Shown here one piece after another: positions 24,970 through 37,090 of a stretch of DNA of 64,000 nucleotides. A program made the position numbers and the translations under genes. Origin of the DNA: Chiloscyllium plagiosum (Eukaryota); assembly GCF_004010195.1 (NCBI RefSeq), contig NC_057718.1:32922727-32986726 (forward strand). The letters run 5' to 3'. Below the pieces are notes generated by a model. That model was not told the DNA's origin. It searched no databases and was given only the letters and a program-made list of their open reading frames with translations. Every line of letters starts with the position of its first letter. The first letter of the stretch is position 1.

Positions 24970-25690
24970 AGTTTAGGCTGGGCCAATAATTGGCAAATAA
25001 TCTTTGCTTGGCACTTGTGTGACATAATGACTATTTCAAGCAAGAGAGCAGCTAAGCACCTCCCCAAATGAAAACATCATTACCATTACTGAATTTACCA
25101 CCAACAACATCCTGGGATTAACACTGAACGGAAATCTTTTTTTTTGTATTGAACTGGGAATTCTGTGCTGAATATTTTAAATTTACAGATTCCAAATCCC
25201 ATCCACCATCTGCAAGGCACAATTCAGGAATATGATTGAATATTCTTCACCTGCCTGGAAGAGAGCAGCTCCAATAATACTAATGAAGCTTATAAACAAT
25301 CTTAACAACGGAACCCACTTGATTGGCAACCCAACCATCACCTAAACATTCACTTCCCCCAAGAGTAACAGTGCAATAAAAACTACCTTCTGTTTCCAAG
25401 ATGCATTGCAGCAACTCAAAGCTCTACACACAGAACCTTCCAAAGCTGCAACTAGAAGAACAAAGCTAACAAGTGCATGTGAACATCACCAAATGTACAT
25501 TCCCCATCAAGGCATGCTCCATCCTGACTGTTACTCAGTCAAAATCCTGGAACTACTTTCTTAGCAGAATGATAGGGGAGGGGCACCATAACACATGGAC
25601 TGCAGCGGTTTAGGGAAGCAGCTCACCACCTTCTGCTAATTGGTAAATAGGAATGGGCAATACAGGCAGATTTTGGCTAACTCAGCACAA
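24970..25690 (+). mobile_element. Decayed CR1/L2-group LINE 3' part
   Basis: Degenerate RT C-terminal motifs (W-A-N-N-W-Q, K-A-Q-F-R-N-M-I-E-Y-S-S-P-A-W); related relics at about 12300-12560 (+) and 31230-31600 (-). Confidence 0.55.
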
Positions 25691-26084
25691 ATCTTTTTGT
25701 TTGTAAAAGCCAATTCAGACTGAGAATACAGCAGGAAAAGAGGGTCGTTACAGCATTTCAAATGTAATTTTTTTTTAAAGCTGACTAAATTTGACTTTAT
25801 TCTAAAAAGAAAATTTGCTCCTTGTTTTACGTTCATTCAAATGAGCGATGTCAATGGGGTTTTGAAACCTTTCATTTTATGTTCCCAGAGGAAAACACTA
25901 ATGGCTGACTGTGAAGTGAATCTTCCTCTACTTGGTCGCAACAAAATACCTCAGCTAAAACTTCAGAAGTGCACTTCTTTTTGCAAGTTTTCTATTTACC
26001 ACATATGCTGTCTTGTGGTCAGAGGTTGCTAGTAGTAGAAACCGAAATGGTGAGAGTCATGAAGTCAGCAGAGAGAAAAGCATT

Positions 26085-26311
26085 TGTAGTGATTGTAGTG
26101 AGGTCAACCAGATGGACTTCACAGAATACGAAAATATCTCTGGGGTTGTTAATCTGGTCTAATCAGGGAGCCCTAGCCAGCAGATAAGAACACGAGTGTC
26201 CGACACCCTGTTCACTCTGAGAGCTGGCTCAGAGAGAACTGGATCAGTGTCAAAGACTCTTCATGTGTAAATAAAGGGTGACTTGGCAATGGTCCCTAGG
26301 GAGTTATTTCA
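26085..26311 (+). mobile_element. Solo LTR
   Basis: TG...CA termini, AATAAA at about 26269, TATA-like gataaga, flanking GCATT/GCATC near-TSD. Confidence 0.65.
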
Positions 26312-26920
26312 GCATCTAACTAGTCAGTTAAATCAGACTAGGCTGATTTTTACCCAAGTTCTCAAACATGTAGGCTATTGCCTTGTTTAGTTTTGAAATT
26401 TGAACATATTAAATAAATGGTTGTGTTCAGACTTACTCAGTTGATTGAACATTTCCTACTTTATAATCATGTGAACTTGCTGCCTGGTAAATTAATCAGA
26501 ACATTCCGCCAATAAACACATCACTCTTGGTTTAAGCGTTTTTGCATTATTAAATATTGGTCCCGAGAAAGTCAGAAACATTTCGTAGTATTAAATGATG
26601 CAGTGGAACTACATAACAAATAGATTAATAGTTAATAGAAACCCACAGTTTTACGCTAAAAATTATGCATTTTATCCTACTTAAATATTGCATAACAACA
26701 CCAAAACATTGTTTTCCCACAGTATCCTGGGAGTATCTTGGTCCCTGCTTGAAATAAGTGTGCTGTTTGGAATATTCTGCATTAGTAATGTACACAATTC
26801 AACATTTTTTTTTAAACCTTTAGCCAAACAGAAGTTATTGCTTCATTATAATCCACTTCTCATGGCAGGTCAGCAGACTTTCTTAAAGTTGTAGCAAGAG
26901 ATAGAACTGGAATGGTTCTT

Positions 26921-27047
26921 CTACTCCTTTGTCAGTGTGAGAAATTCTTCCCGTGTCTTTTGGTCCTCCCGGAAAACTCCAAGCATCGTGCTGGTCATTG
27001 TCTTGCTATTAATTTTCTGCACACCTCGCATCACCATGCACATGTGC
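26921..27047 (-). CDS. GCH1-like: GTP cyclohydrolase I last coding exon (exon 6)
   Basis: cag|G CAC ATG TGC...GAG TAG, 127 bp = [41 protein letters not shown]; contains the third Zn ligand Cys. Confidence 0.97.
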
Positions 27048-28584
27048 CTGCAAATAACATTTTAAGTTAGTTACTAATCAATTTAAATATACAGTTGTCT
27101 CTTCAAACTGACACAATTAAGGTGACTGGGACAGCAATTGCCCATTCCTTTTAACATTGATCTAGTTTGCATGCTGCCTCTGGTAGTTATTACCCAATAG
27201 TATTTAAGTTCACCTAGAAGTTAAAGGCTCATCTAATTTAGAGTGCAAAATACGTGTAACTGTTGAAATATTATTTCCAACCAAATTTGAAAAATGTACA
27301 CCTTTTTCTGTTTCATTTCACAATTGGGTAGTGACTTTTCCATTTCATATCTTTATTACTTAGCTGGCAACTGTGTTGAGATACCAAACCATCAGACTCC
27401 AATGTCCGAGAATGATTTTGTCTGTGCCGTGTTGTCTGATTTGTATTATTCTTGTTGCAGTTAGACATTGTCCTCAATAATTTTAAACTAGGAAGAAGAA
27501 CTGTCACCTAGGTTTTCTGCACCTTTAGATTCCAGCTGGAAAGTCAATGAGGACAGGATTGAAATTGGTTGTGATGCCACCCATAGTCAAGCAGCCTACC
27601 AATACTGGATTAACACGTGAATCATAATAATGCCTATAATGACACAAAACATTTTATAGGCACTAAACAATGCACATCAATGAGGTAAGATGTCAGAATT
27701 GTTATGACACACTGGCTGGTGCACAAGTTAAAGATTTCCTAAAGTATGCAAAGTTACTTAATTTACCAGACTTTCAGACCCAGATTGATAGGAAGCACTG
27801 GACAAGAATAACTATTTATTTCAAGTGCATAAACGTTAGCTGCAACTAAAGAGTTTTAAACTGTTGGCATAAAGTCAAAACTCTGATTCCCTAATAAATG
27901 TCCCCAGATAGACAAAGTGAGACAAATATGGTAAAACAGGTTATGGACTAAGGGGAAACTGGGAAGACAGTTCAATAGCCTTTCCCAAAATAGATTGTTG
28001 AGATGATCTTTGTGACTCTTCTGCTGGTCAGTGTGTTGCTTTAATCATCTTTCTTCTATTGGTTGATGAGAGACATAAGATGGCTGACACATTTGTAAAA
28101 TGCCTCTGACATATCCGTTAAAAGTCATAGCATATTACAACTGTTGGGGAAAAGATAAGCTGGTTTTCTTCAGGTTTACAGTGAGTTTTGACTGTAGAAA
28201 ACATAAAGACTGGTCTCTGAGCAGGGGAAGAACTGAACACTTCCCTGTTTCTGTAACATGTTCTCAGCTCCCATCTGTTCAGCTCCCAGAGAATCAGTCA
28301 AACAATGAATGTCTGGCAAAATTATGTCATTGACAACTGGTCACTCGTCTCGAGACCAATCAACTTCTTGTTGACACCAAAAGCTGCTCAGTATAGCTCC
28401 TTGGCTACAGATTACCTGCAGTTGTACAATTACTGCTTGTCTAACGATAATTTACATGATTCCTGGCGTGGTGCCAGGTAACATAGCTTTCAAAACTGTA
28501 GCCACTCCTTCAACATTGTCTTTTAAAACAAATCTTTGACTCAACAGGACAATTTCTAAGAACACCAACAGTTTAAGTCAAAAA

Positions 28585-28850
28585 AACAGCATTTGACCAA
28601 TCAGAGTACACCTGTCAGGTTTAAAATGTAAATAAAGCTTGGTAGTTAACTGTCAATCTTCATTAACATTCTCCATGGCAACATCTCGATCAATTCAGCT
28701 TGCACTTGGCAACCAATCAGAACTGACCTCTCATATAGCATAAATGTTGGTTTTCCCTTTCAACTGGTATTCTTTCAATTGTCTGGCTAAGTGCAAGAAG
28801 AAAAGCTTTGACATAATATAGCTTTTTCAGCAATACTCAGGTTCTGTCCT
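28585..28850 (+). mobile_element. Old PLE-like 3' end with degenerate hammerhead motif
   Basis: tgtc-tggctaa-gtgcaagaa-GAAA-agctt-t-gaca at 28780-28813 retains the TGTC/GACA stem and the AAAGCTTT palindrome. Confidence 0.4.
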
Positions 28851-29836
28851 ATCAAATAACTAAAGTCTGCCATGATAATTTATCAGACAGCAGGTTACAC
28901 TTCAACATGCAACATTACAGAATTTACTCTTCACTAGACGAGCAGAAAACGCCAAAATTTGAAGAAGAGTCAAGAGAATTGGTCTCATGATTTTTAGAGG
29001 CGGGCCTAGAGCAGTCTCAAACAATGGCATGCTTCCTAATTGCTAACCTCACTTTGAGAAGCCACAGCATGGTTGATGTAACAAATGGAAGAGAAGTCAC
29101 ACTGCTGGAATGACATGTCTTCATCTGACATCAATTCATGTGCACATTGAACTTATACCACAATGTAGGAAACAGATCAGAAATGGGGAAGCTTTCACAA
29201 TCCCTGCAAAACCATTTGCCATCTTAAAGAGCAGCTTAAATGTTCTGGTGACGAGTAGTAATAAAGAAATTTAGTAGCTTAAAGTTAAATGATAGGAAAG
29301 TAGTGGATGTGGGCATAGTTACATTTAAAAGATAAGGACATGAATAAGAAAGGTTTGGAGGCGTACTGACTGCGAGCAGGCAGGTGGGACTAGTTTATGT
29401 CGGAATTATGTTCGGTACAGACTCGTTGGATCGAAGTGTCTGTTTCCTGGTTGTATGACTCTATGTCACACTGAGTTTAATGTATTGTACTGACAAAAGT
29501 GCTGCCTATTGTAATTTTCCCTTGCAAATGAGGTCTTTGACTAGGAATATTAATGCTCAAGTATAACGCTGAAACTGAAAAACCCAAATAAATGTTCGTA
29601 ATATCTTCAATCACGTAATCATTCTTTAGAATACACTTCCCTTCATGATGGATAAATGCATGCAATTATTCTTCACCCACTCTATTCTTAAATATACCAA
29701 TATTAAATTTATTTAGTTTATTTTAATATTGTAAAAAATAGTTAAGTTAATCCTCTTGAGCCAAAATGACAAGATAGCCAGTACTGAGAAACATAACAAA
29801 CAAAATTAGGCTTAAGTAAAATAAAAGTATGCTCAC

Positions 29837-29921
29837 GTTGCTTCTATGATAACAGCTACTCCAGCTGGTTTCAAAGCCTCTGTAACTGCAACTGCAATTT
29901 GCTTGGTAAGTCGTTCTTGAA
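29837..29921 (-). CDS. GCH1-like: GTP cyclohydrolase I coding exon 5
   Basis: tag|...|gt, 85 bp = (V)[27 protein letters not shown](T). Confidence 0.97.
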
Positions 29922-30114
29922 CTATAGTGGACAAGCACAGGGAATACTTTCAGTGTTTATGTCCATTTAATAAATATAGTTCTGATAAAAGATCATCAAC
30001 TTGAAATATTAACTCTGTTTCTTTCTTCATGGATACTGTCAGACCTCTGAGTGTTTCCAACAGTTTCTGATGCAGATTTCCAGCATTTGCAATGATTAGT
30101 TCTTGAGCTAGATA

Positions 30115-30711
30115 CAGAGGGACCTTGATTATCTGAATATCAATTAGCCGAATTTCGGATTATCCGAAGGGGATCTCAAGGTCCCAATAGAAACATTACG
30201 TCAAAGAGCTGTTTCAACCCTGATCGCATCTTTTGTTTACAGGTACAATGATTAAAAATGAACTCGGCTCATTGAAATGCTGCCAAGAACAGTCCAGGCA
30301 CCATCTCTAAATGACTGACCTCCCGCCCTCTGTTTTCCCCTCCCCTACAATTTCCCTGGAGTTCTACAGATAATCTCTCCAACATTGTCCTGTACAGGGC
30401 AGAGGTGGAACCTGTCAAAAGATTGCAGTAAAAAGTGGTGTGTGGGGTGGGGGCAGATGGGGTTGGAGCGGACAGCGTAAGGGGGCAGATGGGGTTGGGA
30501 GCGGGTATTGGGGGTGGGCAGGGCATGGAGGCAGTGTTGGGGGTGGGCAGGGGCAGGTGTTCATGCACAGTGTGCTGCTGCCTAGTCTCCTGAAATGGGA
30601 ACAGACTTCATAGAAAACTCTGAGCCCCAGAGGAAATCAATTAACCGAATGATCAATTATCCGAACGAAATAGTGCCCGCCCACCTCATTCGGGTAATCG
30701 AGGTTCCTCTA
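30115..30711. mobile_element. Tigger/pogo-like non-autonomous DNA transposon (MITE)
   Basis: About 24-bp TIRs cagagggaccttgattatctgaat / attcgggtaatcgaggttcctcta flanked by TA; repeated ttatccgaa subterminal motifs; G-rich interior. Confidence 0.85.
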
Positions 30712-32078
30712 TATTGCTATTACAAGTACATCAATATATATCTTGTAGATAAGGGCTAAGCTAAGGATTTTGTGACATTTGAGAGCATGAATACAAAGAA
30801 GGCATTAAAATTGGATATAAAAGACAATTGACAATTCCATCAAAAAGTACAAAAATGGAAGATGTTAGAAAAGTAAATTAAAACATCAAATTTATATTTT
30901 ATATTATTTAAGCTTTCTTTAAAAGGAGGTTTGATACATACGTAAGCAAGTAGAGCTGGGTATAAAACAAATTGATGAGGAGTGTAGGCAATAGCTTCAC
31001 AGCTTCCCATAGTGAAGATTCAGAGTTTGCAAAAACTTGTGTTGATAGAACCATGAAGTTTGTTCCATTTGGACAATGACTTAAATAGTGAGACGTGTGT
31101 TTACAAAATTCAGTCTATAGGCCAATACGAGGAGCAAGGATTAGCTGGTTTATTTAATTTTCTATGCTTCTGAAGTTAAGATTTTCTAAGATATGGACCA
31201 TATGATTCATTGATTTTTTTTTTATTGATTCATTCACAGTACGTGAGCAACTCTGACAGGACCAGCCTGTATTGGCCTTACCTAATTACCCTTGAGAAGA
31301 TGGTAGTGAACTGCCTTCTTGAAGTGCTGTAGCCTTTGTGATGGTCTAAGTATACTCATAGTTCTGTTTGTGAGGGTGGTCCAGGTTTTTAACTGACTGA
31401 CAGCAAAGGACAGTGATATAGTTCCAAGTCAGGATACTGTATGATTTGGAGGAGAACCCTGCATGTATAGGTGTTTCTAATGTTGGCTGTCCTTGTCTTT
31501 CTTGATCATAGAGGTTATGGATTTGGAAAATACTCCTGAGGAAGCCTTTGTAACTTTCTGCAGTGCATCTTGCAGACAGTGAAGTTCTGTTACTTGAATA
31601 ATCAAATGGCTTTACAAAGTGGACAAATGGTTTGTCAGCATCCCTTATAGTGGGGAAGAAAATTGCAATGGGGCTTAGAAAGAGCAGAAAGTGCGAATGA
31701 TTTTGGGCCAGCAAAAACTCTAAAAATGAAAACTGGACTTTTCAAACCTCATTGATGAATATATGATGAATGGCCACTGCAGAAATCCTCTTAAATATTC
31801 AATTTTTGAAAGATATGTTCACGATTTTGATGTTGACCTTACAAAATAGACTTCTTTGCTTGAGCTGAAACCATCATACCACTCAAAGTAAAATAATACT
31901 TATTCCTGCTAACTATCCTACACACAGTCTCATTTGATTTAACCTGTTTCCTGTTACTGGGAGTTTGTCATCTCTTAACACAGAAACCATGACCACTAAA
32001 GGATGTTGTATAGAGAAAACTATTAGTACAGAAATTAGGTGAACTACTGTAAAGATCTAGATTGGATTTTAAGGCTCA

Positions 32079-32420
32079 AGGGTAGCACAGTGGCTCAGTG
32101 ATTAGTACTGTTGTCTCACAGCATCAAGGACCTGGGTTCAATTTCACCCTCAGGTGACTGTCTGTGTGGAGTTTGCACATTCTCCCATGTCCACATGGAT
32201 TTCCTCCCACTGTCCAAAGATGTGCTGGTTAGGTGGATTGACCATGCTAAATTGCTCATTGTGTACAGGGATGTATCAGTTATGTGGATTAGCCATAGGA
32301 AATGCATGGTTAAAGGATTAGAGTGGAGGAAGGAGGTGGAGGGGAATGGGTGGTAGGCAGGATGCTCTGTGGAAGGTCATTGTGGACTTGAAGGGCTGAA
32401 TGGTCCATTTCCACACTGTT
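32079..32420 (+). mobile_element. Older HE1-like SINE
   Basis: A box tggctcagtga, B box gggttcaattt; body similar to 36728-37051. Confidence 0.8.
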
Positions 32421-33163
32421 AGGTTTCTGCAAATTAGCTCATCAATGAGGAGAGATACAAAAAGCCAGAATTCAGAAGCTGTAAGAAGAATGGATTCTTG
32501 AAGCTATGGGCACAATCCACGTTTCTGTATGTGCTGGAATGTGACAGTTTAGATTCCATCTATTAAAGCTCAACTAGATTTTGCGAGAGGACTCATTTAC
32601 TTGAATGGCATTGGCAGGAACCAAAGCAATTAAAGCTGCATCTAAGCTACCTACTGTTGCATCTAAACCAGAAGGTCTAATAGAGAGTGGACTGGCTGAG
32701 GATAGTGCTGGGTTTCCTTCTCATCTGTCACCCCTTACCTCACCAATTCAAACCTCAGAATTAGGAACAGGATTATGCTGCCTTGGGGAGCACATGGAAA
32801 ACATATTTTAAAATATAGATTAATTTATGAATCGAATAATGGTCTACATCACTAAAATGCACCCAAATTCTACGGCTTAGTTCATTATTACATCTGTCTT
32901 ATCAAAAGCATTGTGTGAACTATGACACCAATGGACAGGAAAACTGGATGGATACAACAAGGGGTCCCAGTCTGTACGAAAGTGATCCCTATCTGTTTGT
33001 AAGGTTTGGATTATATGTTTAAAGCTAGGCATGCACATTGATAAATTAAATCATGTGTTTGAAACAAAAAAAACATTGTTTCAAGGGGCAGAAAAACACA
33101 GAAGACCTTCTAGCACATTTAGTGAGGAAATAAAAATGCAAATTATATTTGAATTAATTGTAC

Positions 33164-33195
33164 CTTGAAGTCTTCTACTGTAGATTTCAACAATC
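33164..33195 (-). CDS. GCH1-like: GTP cyclohydrolase I coding exon 4
   Basis: cag|GATTGTTGAAATCTACAGTAGAAGACTTCAAG|gt, 32 bp = IVEIYSRRLQ. Confidence 0.96.
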
Positions 33196-33354
33196 CTGTA
33201 AATAAACAGACTGGATTACAACCATCTTCTTTTTGCAGTTCTGTATTGCAGATTTAACTTCCAGGAAAATATTCATAATTCTAATATGAAAATGAGAAAA
33301 AGGACTATGTCTGAACTTCAAATGTTTGAAAATTACAGCTGTCATAAATAGTTT

Positions 33355-33780
33355 CATAAAATAGAAACACAGCCAGGAATTGCCCTTCACTGTGGTCCTG
33401 TGCAGTTAACCTGAACGAGCCTGATCCACCATTCAATAGGATCAAGGCTGAATGGATTGTGACCTCAGCTCCACACTCATCCCCAATAACCATTGACTTC
33501 CTTGTTACTCAAGAATCAATCTATCCTTGCCTTAAAAAACTTCAACAACCCAGCCTTCACTGCTCTCTGGGGAAGGGATTTCCAAAGATTTACTTCCCTC
33601 AGAGAAAAGATTCCTGCTCATCTCCATCTTAAATGAGAGGCCAATTATTTTTAAACTGTGGCCTTTGGTTCTAGTCTCTTCGATAGGGGGAAATTATTAC
33701 TTTTCACAATCCATCACATCAAATTTCCTCAGATCTTACATGTTTCACTAAGATCTCCTTTCATTCTTCTGAATGTGAAT
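33355..33780 (-). mobile_element. Old CR1 3' fragment carrying a 48-bp foreign insert
   Basis: Similar to 20170-20570 and 47184-47429. Confidence 0.75.
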
Positions 33781-34863
33781 GGACTTGCCCTTCATTGTAC
33801 TCAAGAAGAGGATCAACTCTTAGTTGGTAGAGTACAAAAATATTCAAGCACAAAGCAAACATCCACAAAAAGCATTTCTTTATTATTACTAAAAACATCG
33901 ATTCTCTTAATAATTTAAGTTTTTTTTAAAATTGTTATCCTGTTGTATATAGTACCTACCCATTAATCATTCAATGACCAGTTAATAGAACTTATGCAGA
34001 AGTCTACTTAAGAAATTCATAAATATATCTTTACCTTGAATATAAGAATGCTAGGCCTATACAAATTCCTAAAATCAAGATAGTACATGGTGCAATGTTG
34101 AGCTTAGCTCCATCTGTGGCTAGGGAAAAGCAGAATCAATTGTTTTTTTCTCTTTTTATTCAGTAAAATGCTGTATTTTGCTGAGATTTATGGTGGACAG
34201 TCCACCATGGTGATACAAGGTTTTCAAAGGTAATCGTCTTGCCTGGCTGATGGAATCATGTAGCAGGAAGGGCAGAGGGGCTCGCCACTGCTGGGGCTTT
34301 GTGATGTTCACATCACTGGTACCATGTTTAAACCCCAGCTGCAGATCACTTCAGTCTCAGCAAGCCAGGAATTGCCCTTCACTGTGGTCCTGTGCAGTTA
34401 ACCTGAACGAACTAGCTCAGAAAGGCAATCTAGCTCCTTGCTTTGTGACAGGGACCTGGAAGTGTCAGTGCATAAGGTGATCAAAATGGATGCAGTGCTT
34501 TGTCCCCTCCAGATCACCAAAGGAAGTGAAGCCACCAGACAAAGCCAGCCTGGACAGACATACTGTCTGGGTCAGTGCAGTGTCCAGGTTAAAACAGTTC
34601 CGAAAGAAGGTTAATGACACATGACAATTGTTAGGAAAACCTCAAACAAGGAGTGACGTAACAAGAAGATATAACGAGGGGGTTGACTAGCTCTGCCCTC
34701 ATGACAGAAAAGCACCTCTTGTTTTACCCTCCAGGATAGACAGGGAAGGGGTTGAAAAACAAGTTTTAACTCTACTGGAGTGGATTGGTAGGACTGAAGA
34801 CTCTCATGTACCAGTTGGGTTCAAGTGTTAACATGCTGTGAAGGTTACACAAAGAACCATCCA

Positions 34864-35091
34864 TTAGAACATAGAACATAGAACAGTACAGCACAGAACA
34901 GGCCCTTCAGCCCACGATGTTGTGCTGACCACTGATCCTCATGTATGCACCCTCAAATTTCTGTGACCATATGCATGTCCAGTAGTCTCTTAAATGTCCC
35001 CAATGACCTTGCTTCCACAACTGCTGCTGGCAATGCATTCCATGCTCTCACAACTCTGTGTAAAGAACCCACCTCTGACATCCTCTCTATA
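34864..35091 (-). mobile_element. CR1 3' fragment
   Basis: (agaacat)n tail; cattag direct repeats at both ends. Confidence 0.8.
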
Positions 35092-36727
35092 CATTAGTTA
35101 CCCAATGTTACAGTAAAGACTGTCTCCAAATCAGTGTTGCAAACAATTTAAAAAGCATTCATGTTTCCTTGTGTCTTCTTGAAGAATTGCCTCAAGGGCT
35201 CTTTTGCAGTTGCCAAATAAAGAAAAACTTCTACCTGCTGGTTTACTATCACTATGTACGTATCATGAACTGATTTCCGAATGGGAAGCTCCTTCAATAG
35301 CCTTTGTTTTCTGTGGGTATGTCATTATATCATTACTGTTACAATAATACTGTTACAAGAACCAAACATATTCCTTTGTGAATTTACACCTCCCATTTAG
35401 GAGGAGCCCTTCAGCTGGATGCATTCAAAAACTGCTCATGTTTCTCAACCAGTTTATAGAGTGTTCATCAATATATGGCATATGGAATATGAAGGCTTAT
35501 AACGCCTCTAAGATTTTGGATGTAGATGTTGGAAAATCTCTAGAGCCCAAATGGTAGTCTGTTGCAGCCAAAGCTTTTAAACGGAGTTCTAAGTGTGGTA
35601 AGCAAACTTGATTGCCTATCCAATAGCAATTGTTAGTATGCACTGTTTCCATTAAGCCTCATAAAGACTCTATTTTTGAATATTTTGGCTCAGGTTTCAT
35701 TTACTATAGACATAGGATGGCATTGTTCTGTTGAGCTTCATCAGGCCAACATAAATTCATGATTTGGAGATGCCGGTGTTGGACTGGGGTGTACAAAATT
35801 AAAAATCACAACACCAGGTTATAGTCCAACAGGTTTAATTGGAAGCACACTAGCTTTCGGAGCATTGCTCCTTCATAGGTGGTAGTGGAGGGCTCAATCC
35901 TAACAACGGATGAATGGGCACCGCACAACAAATCAACAGACAGGAGTGTTCCCTCCCAGTTGGGGAACACTTCTGTGGTTCAGGACATTCAGTCTCGGAC
36001 CTTCGGGTGACCATCCTCCAAGGTGTACTTTGGGACAGGCCGAGCGGAGGCTGATAGCTAAGTTCGGTACCCATAGGGAGGGCCTCAACCGAGACCTTGG
36101 GTTCATGTCACATTACAGGTGACCACCATTGCACTATACACACACAGATATTCTCACACACACACACACACACATATACACAGACGCGCACACAGACACC
36201 CACACACACTCCCACACATGCACCCCCTCACAGACTTAAGACACTCTGCACTCACTACACACACACACATACACTTTCTCACACTCACAACCCCCAACCC
36301 AGACAGATAGATACACACAGACAGACAAAGACCCACATGCACACATATTTTGTGGGATGAATTTGTACTTGCAGGGTCACATTGTACTTTGCTCAAAAAC
36401 TGCATGCATTCATGTAGAACTCTGTTATCTCACTTTTGAGATTAGAATCAATCTAAACATCAGGTCATAGACAGAGAACACAGGGGGCCAGCACCTTCAA
36501 CATACTGTCTAGCTATCACCATTGTTAACAGCTAACCCAAGAATACAACTTTTTTAAAAAAAAGAAGGTTTTGTGATTTACACATAAAAGAAGTGAAACT
36601 ATCACTGTATTCTAACAGATGAAAGGCTTAACAGACAATCAATTTTTCAATGTATAATTTCAGTTACATCACACTGTAAATTTTTGCTATAAATTCTGTG
36701 CGTTAGGATTGAGCCCTCCACTACCAC

Positions 36728-37051
36728 TGGTGGGCGGCACGGTGGCACAGTGGTTAGCACTGCTGCTTCACTAGCGCCAGAGACCCGGGTTTATTTCCCG
36801 CCTCAGGCGACTGTCTGTGTGGAGTTTGCACGTTCTCCCAGTATCTGCGTGGGTTTCCTCCCACAGTCCAAAGATGTGCAGTTCAGGTGAATTGGCCATG
36901 CTAAATTGCCCATAGTGTTAGGTAAGGGGTAAATGTAGGGGTATGGGTGGGTTGTGCTTCGGCGGGGCGGTGTGGACTTGTTGGGCCGAAGGGCCTGTTT
37001 CCACACTGTAAGTAATCTAATGTAATCTAATGTAATCTAATCTAATCTAAT
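36728..37051 (+). mobile_element. HE1-like tRNA-derived SINE, full length
   Basis: ggtggcacagtggttagcac A box, B-box region, (taatc)n tail; 7-bp TSD ctaccac (36721-36727, 37052-37058). Confidence 0.92.
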
Positions 37052-37055
37052 CTAC

Positions 37056-37090
37056 CACCTGATGAAGGAGTGGCGCACCGAAAGCTAGTG
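37056..37090 (+). ncRNA. Minimal type I hammerhead ribozyme motif (PLE-associated)
   Basis: CAC-CUGAUGA-a-GGAG-uggcg-CACC-GAAA-GC-UA-GUG: stem I CAC/GUG, intact core, stem II with one mismatch, AGCU palindrome in place of stem III, UA cleavage site. Confidence 0.75.

Noticed and set aside
30440..30556. G-rich tract with G-quadruplex potential
   Set aside because: Interior low-complexity part of the Tigger-like MITE; no evidence of function
36728..36805. tRNA-like sequence
   Set aside because: tRNA-derived SINE head, not a tRNA gene; it continues into the SINE body, has a TSD and is multicopy in the window
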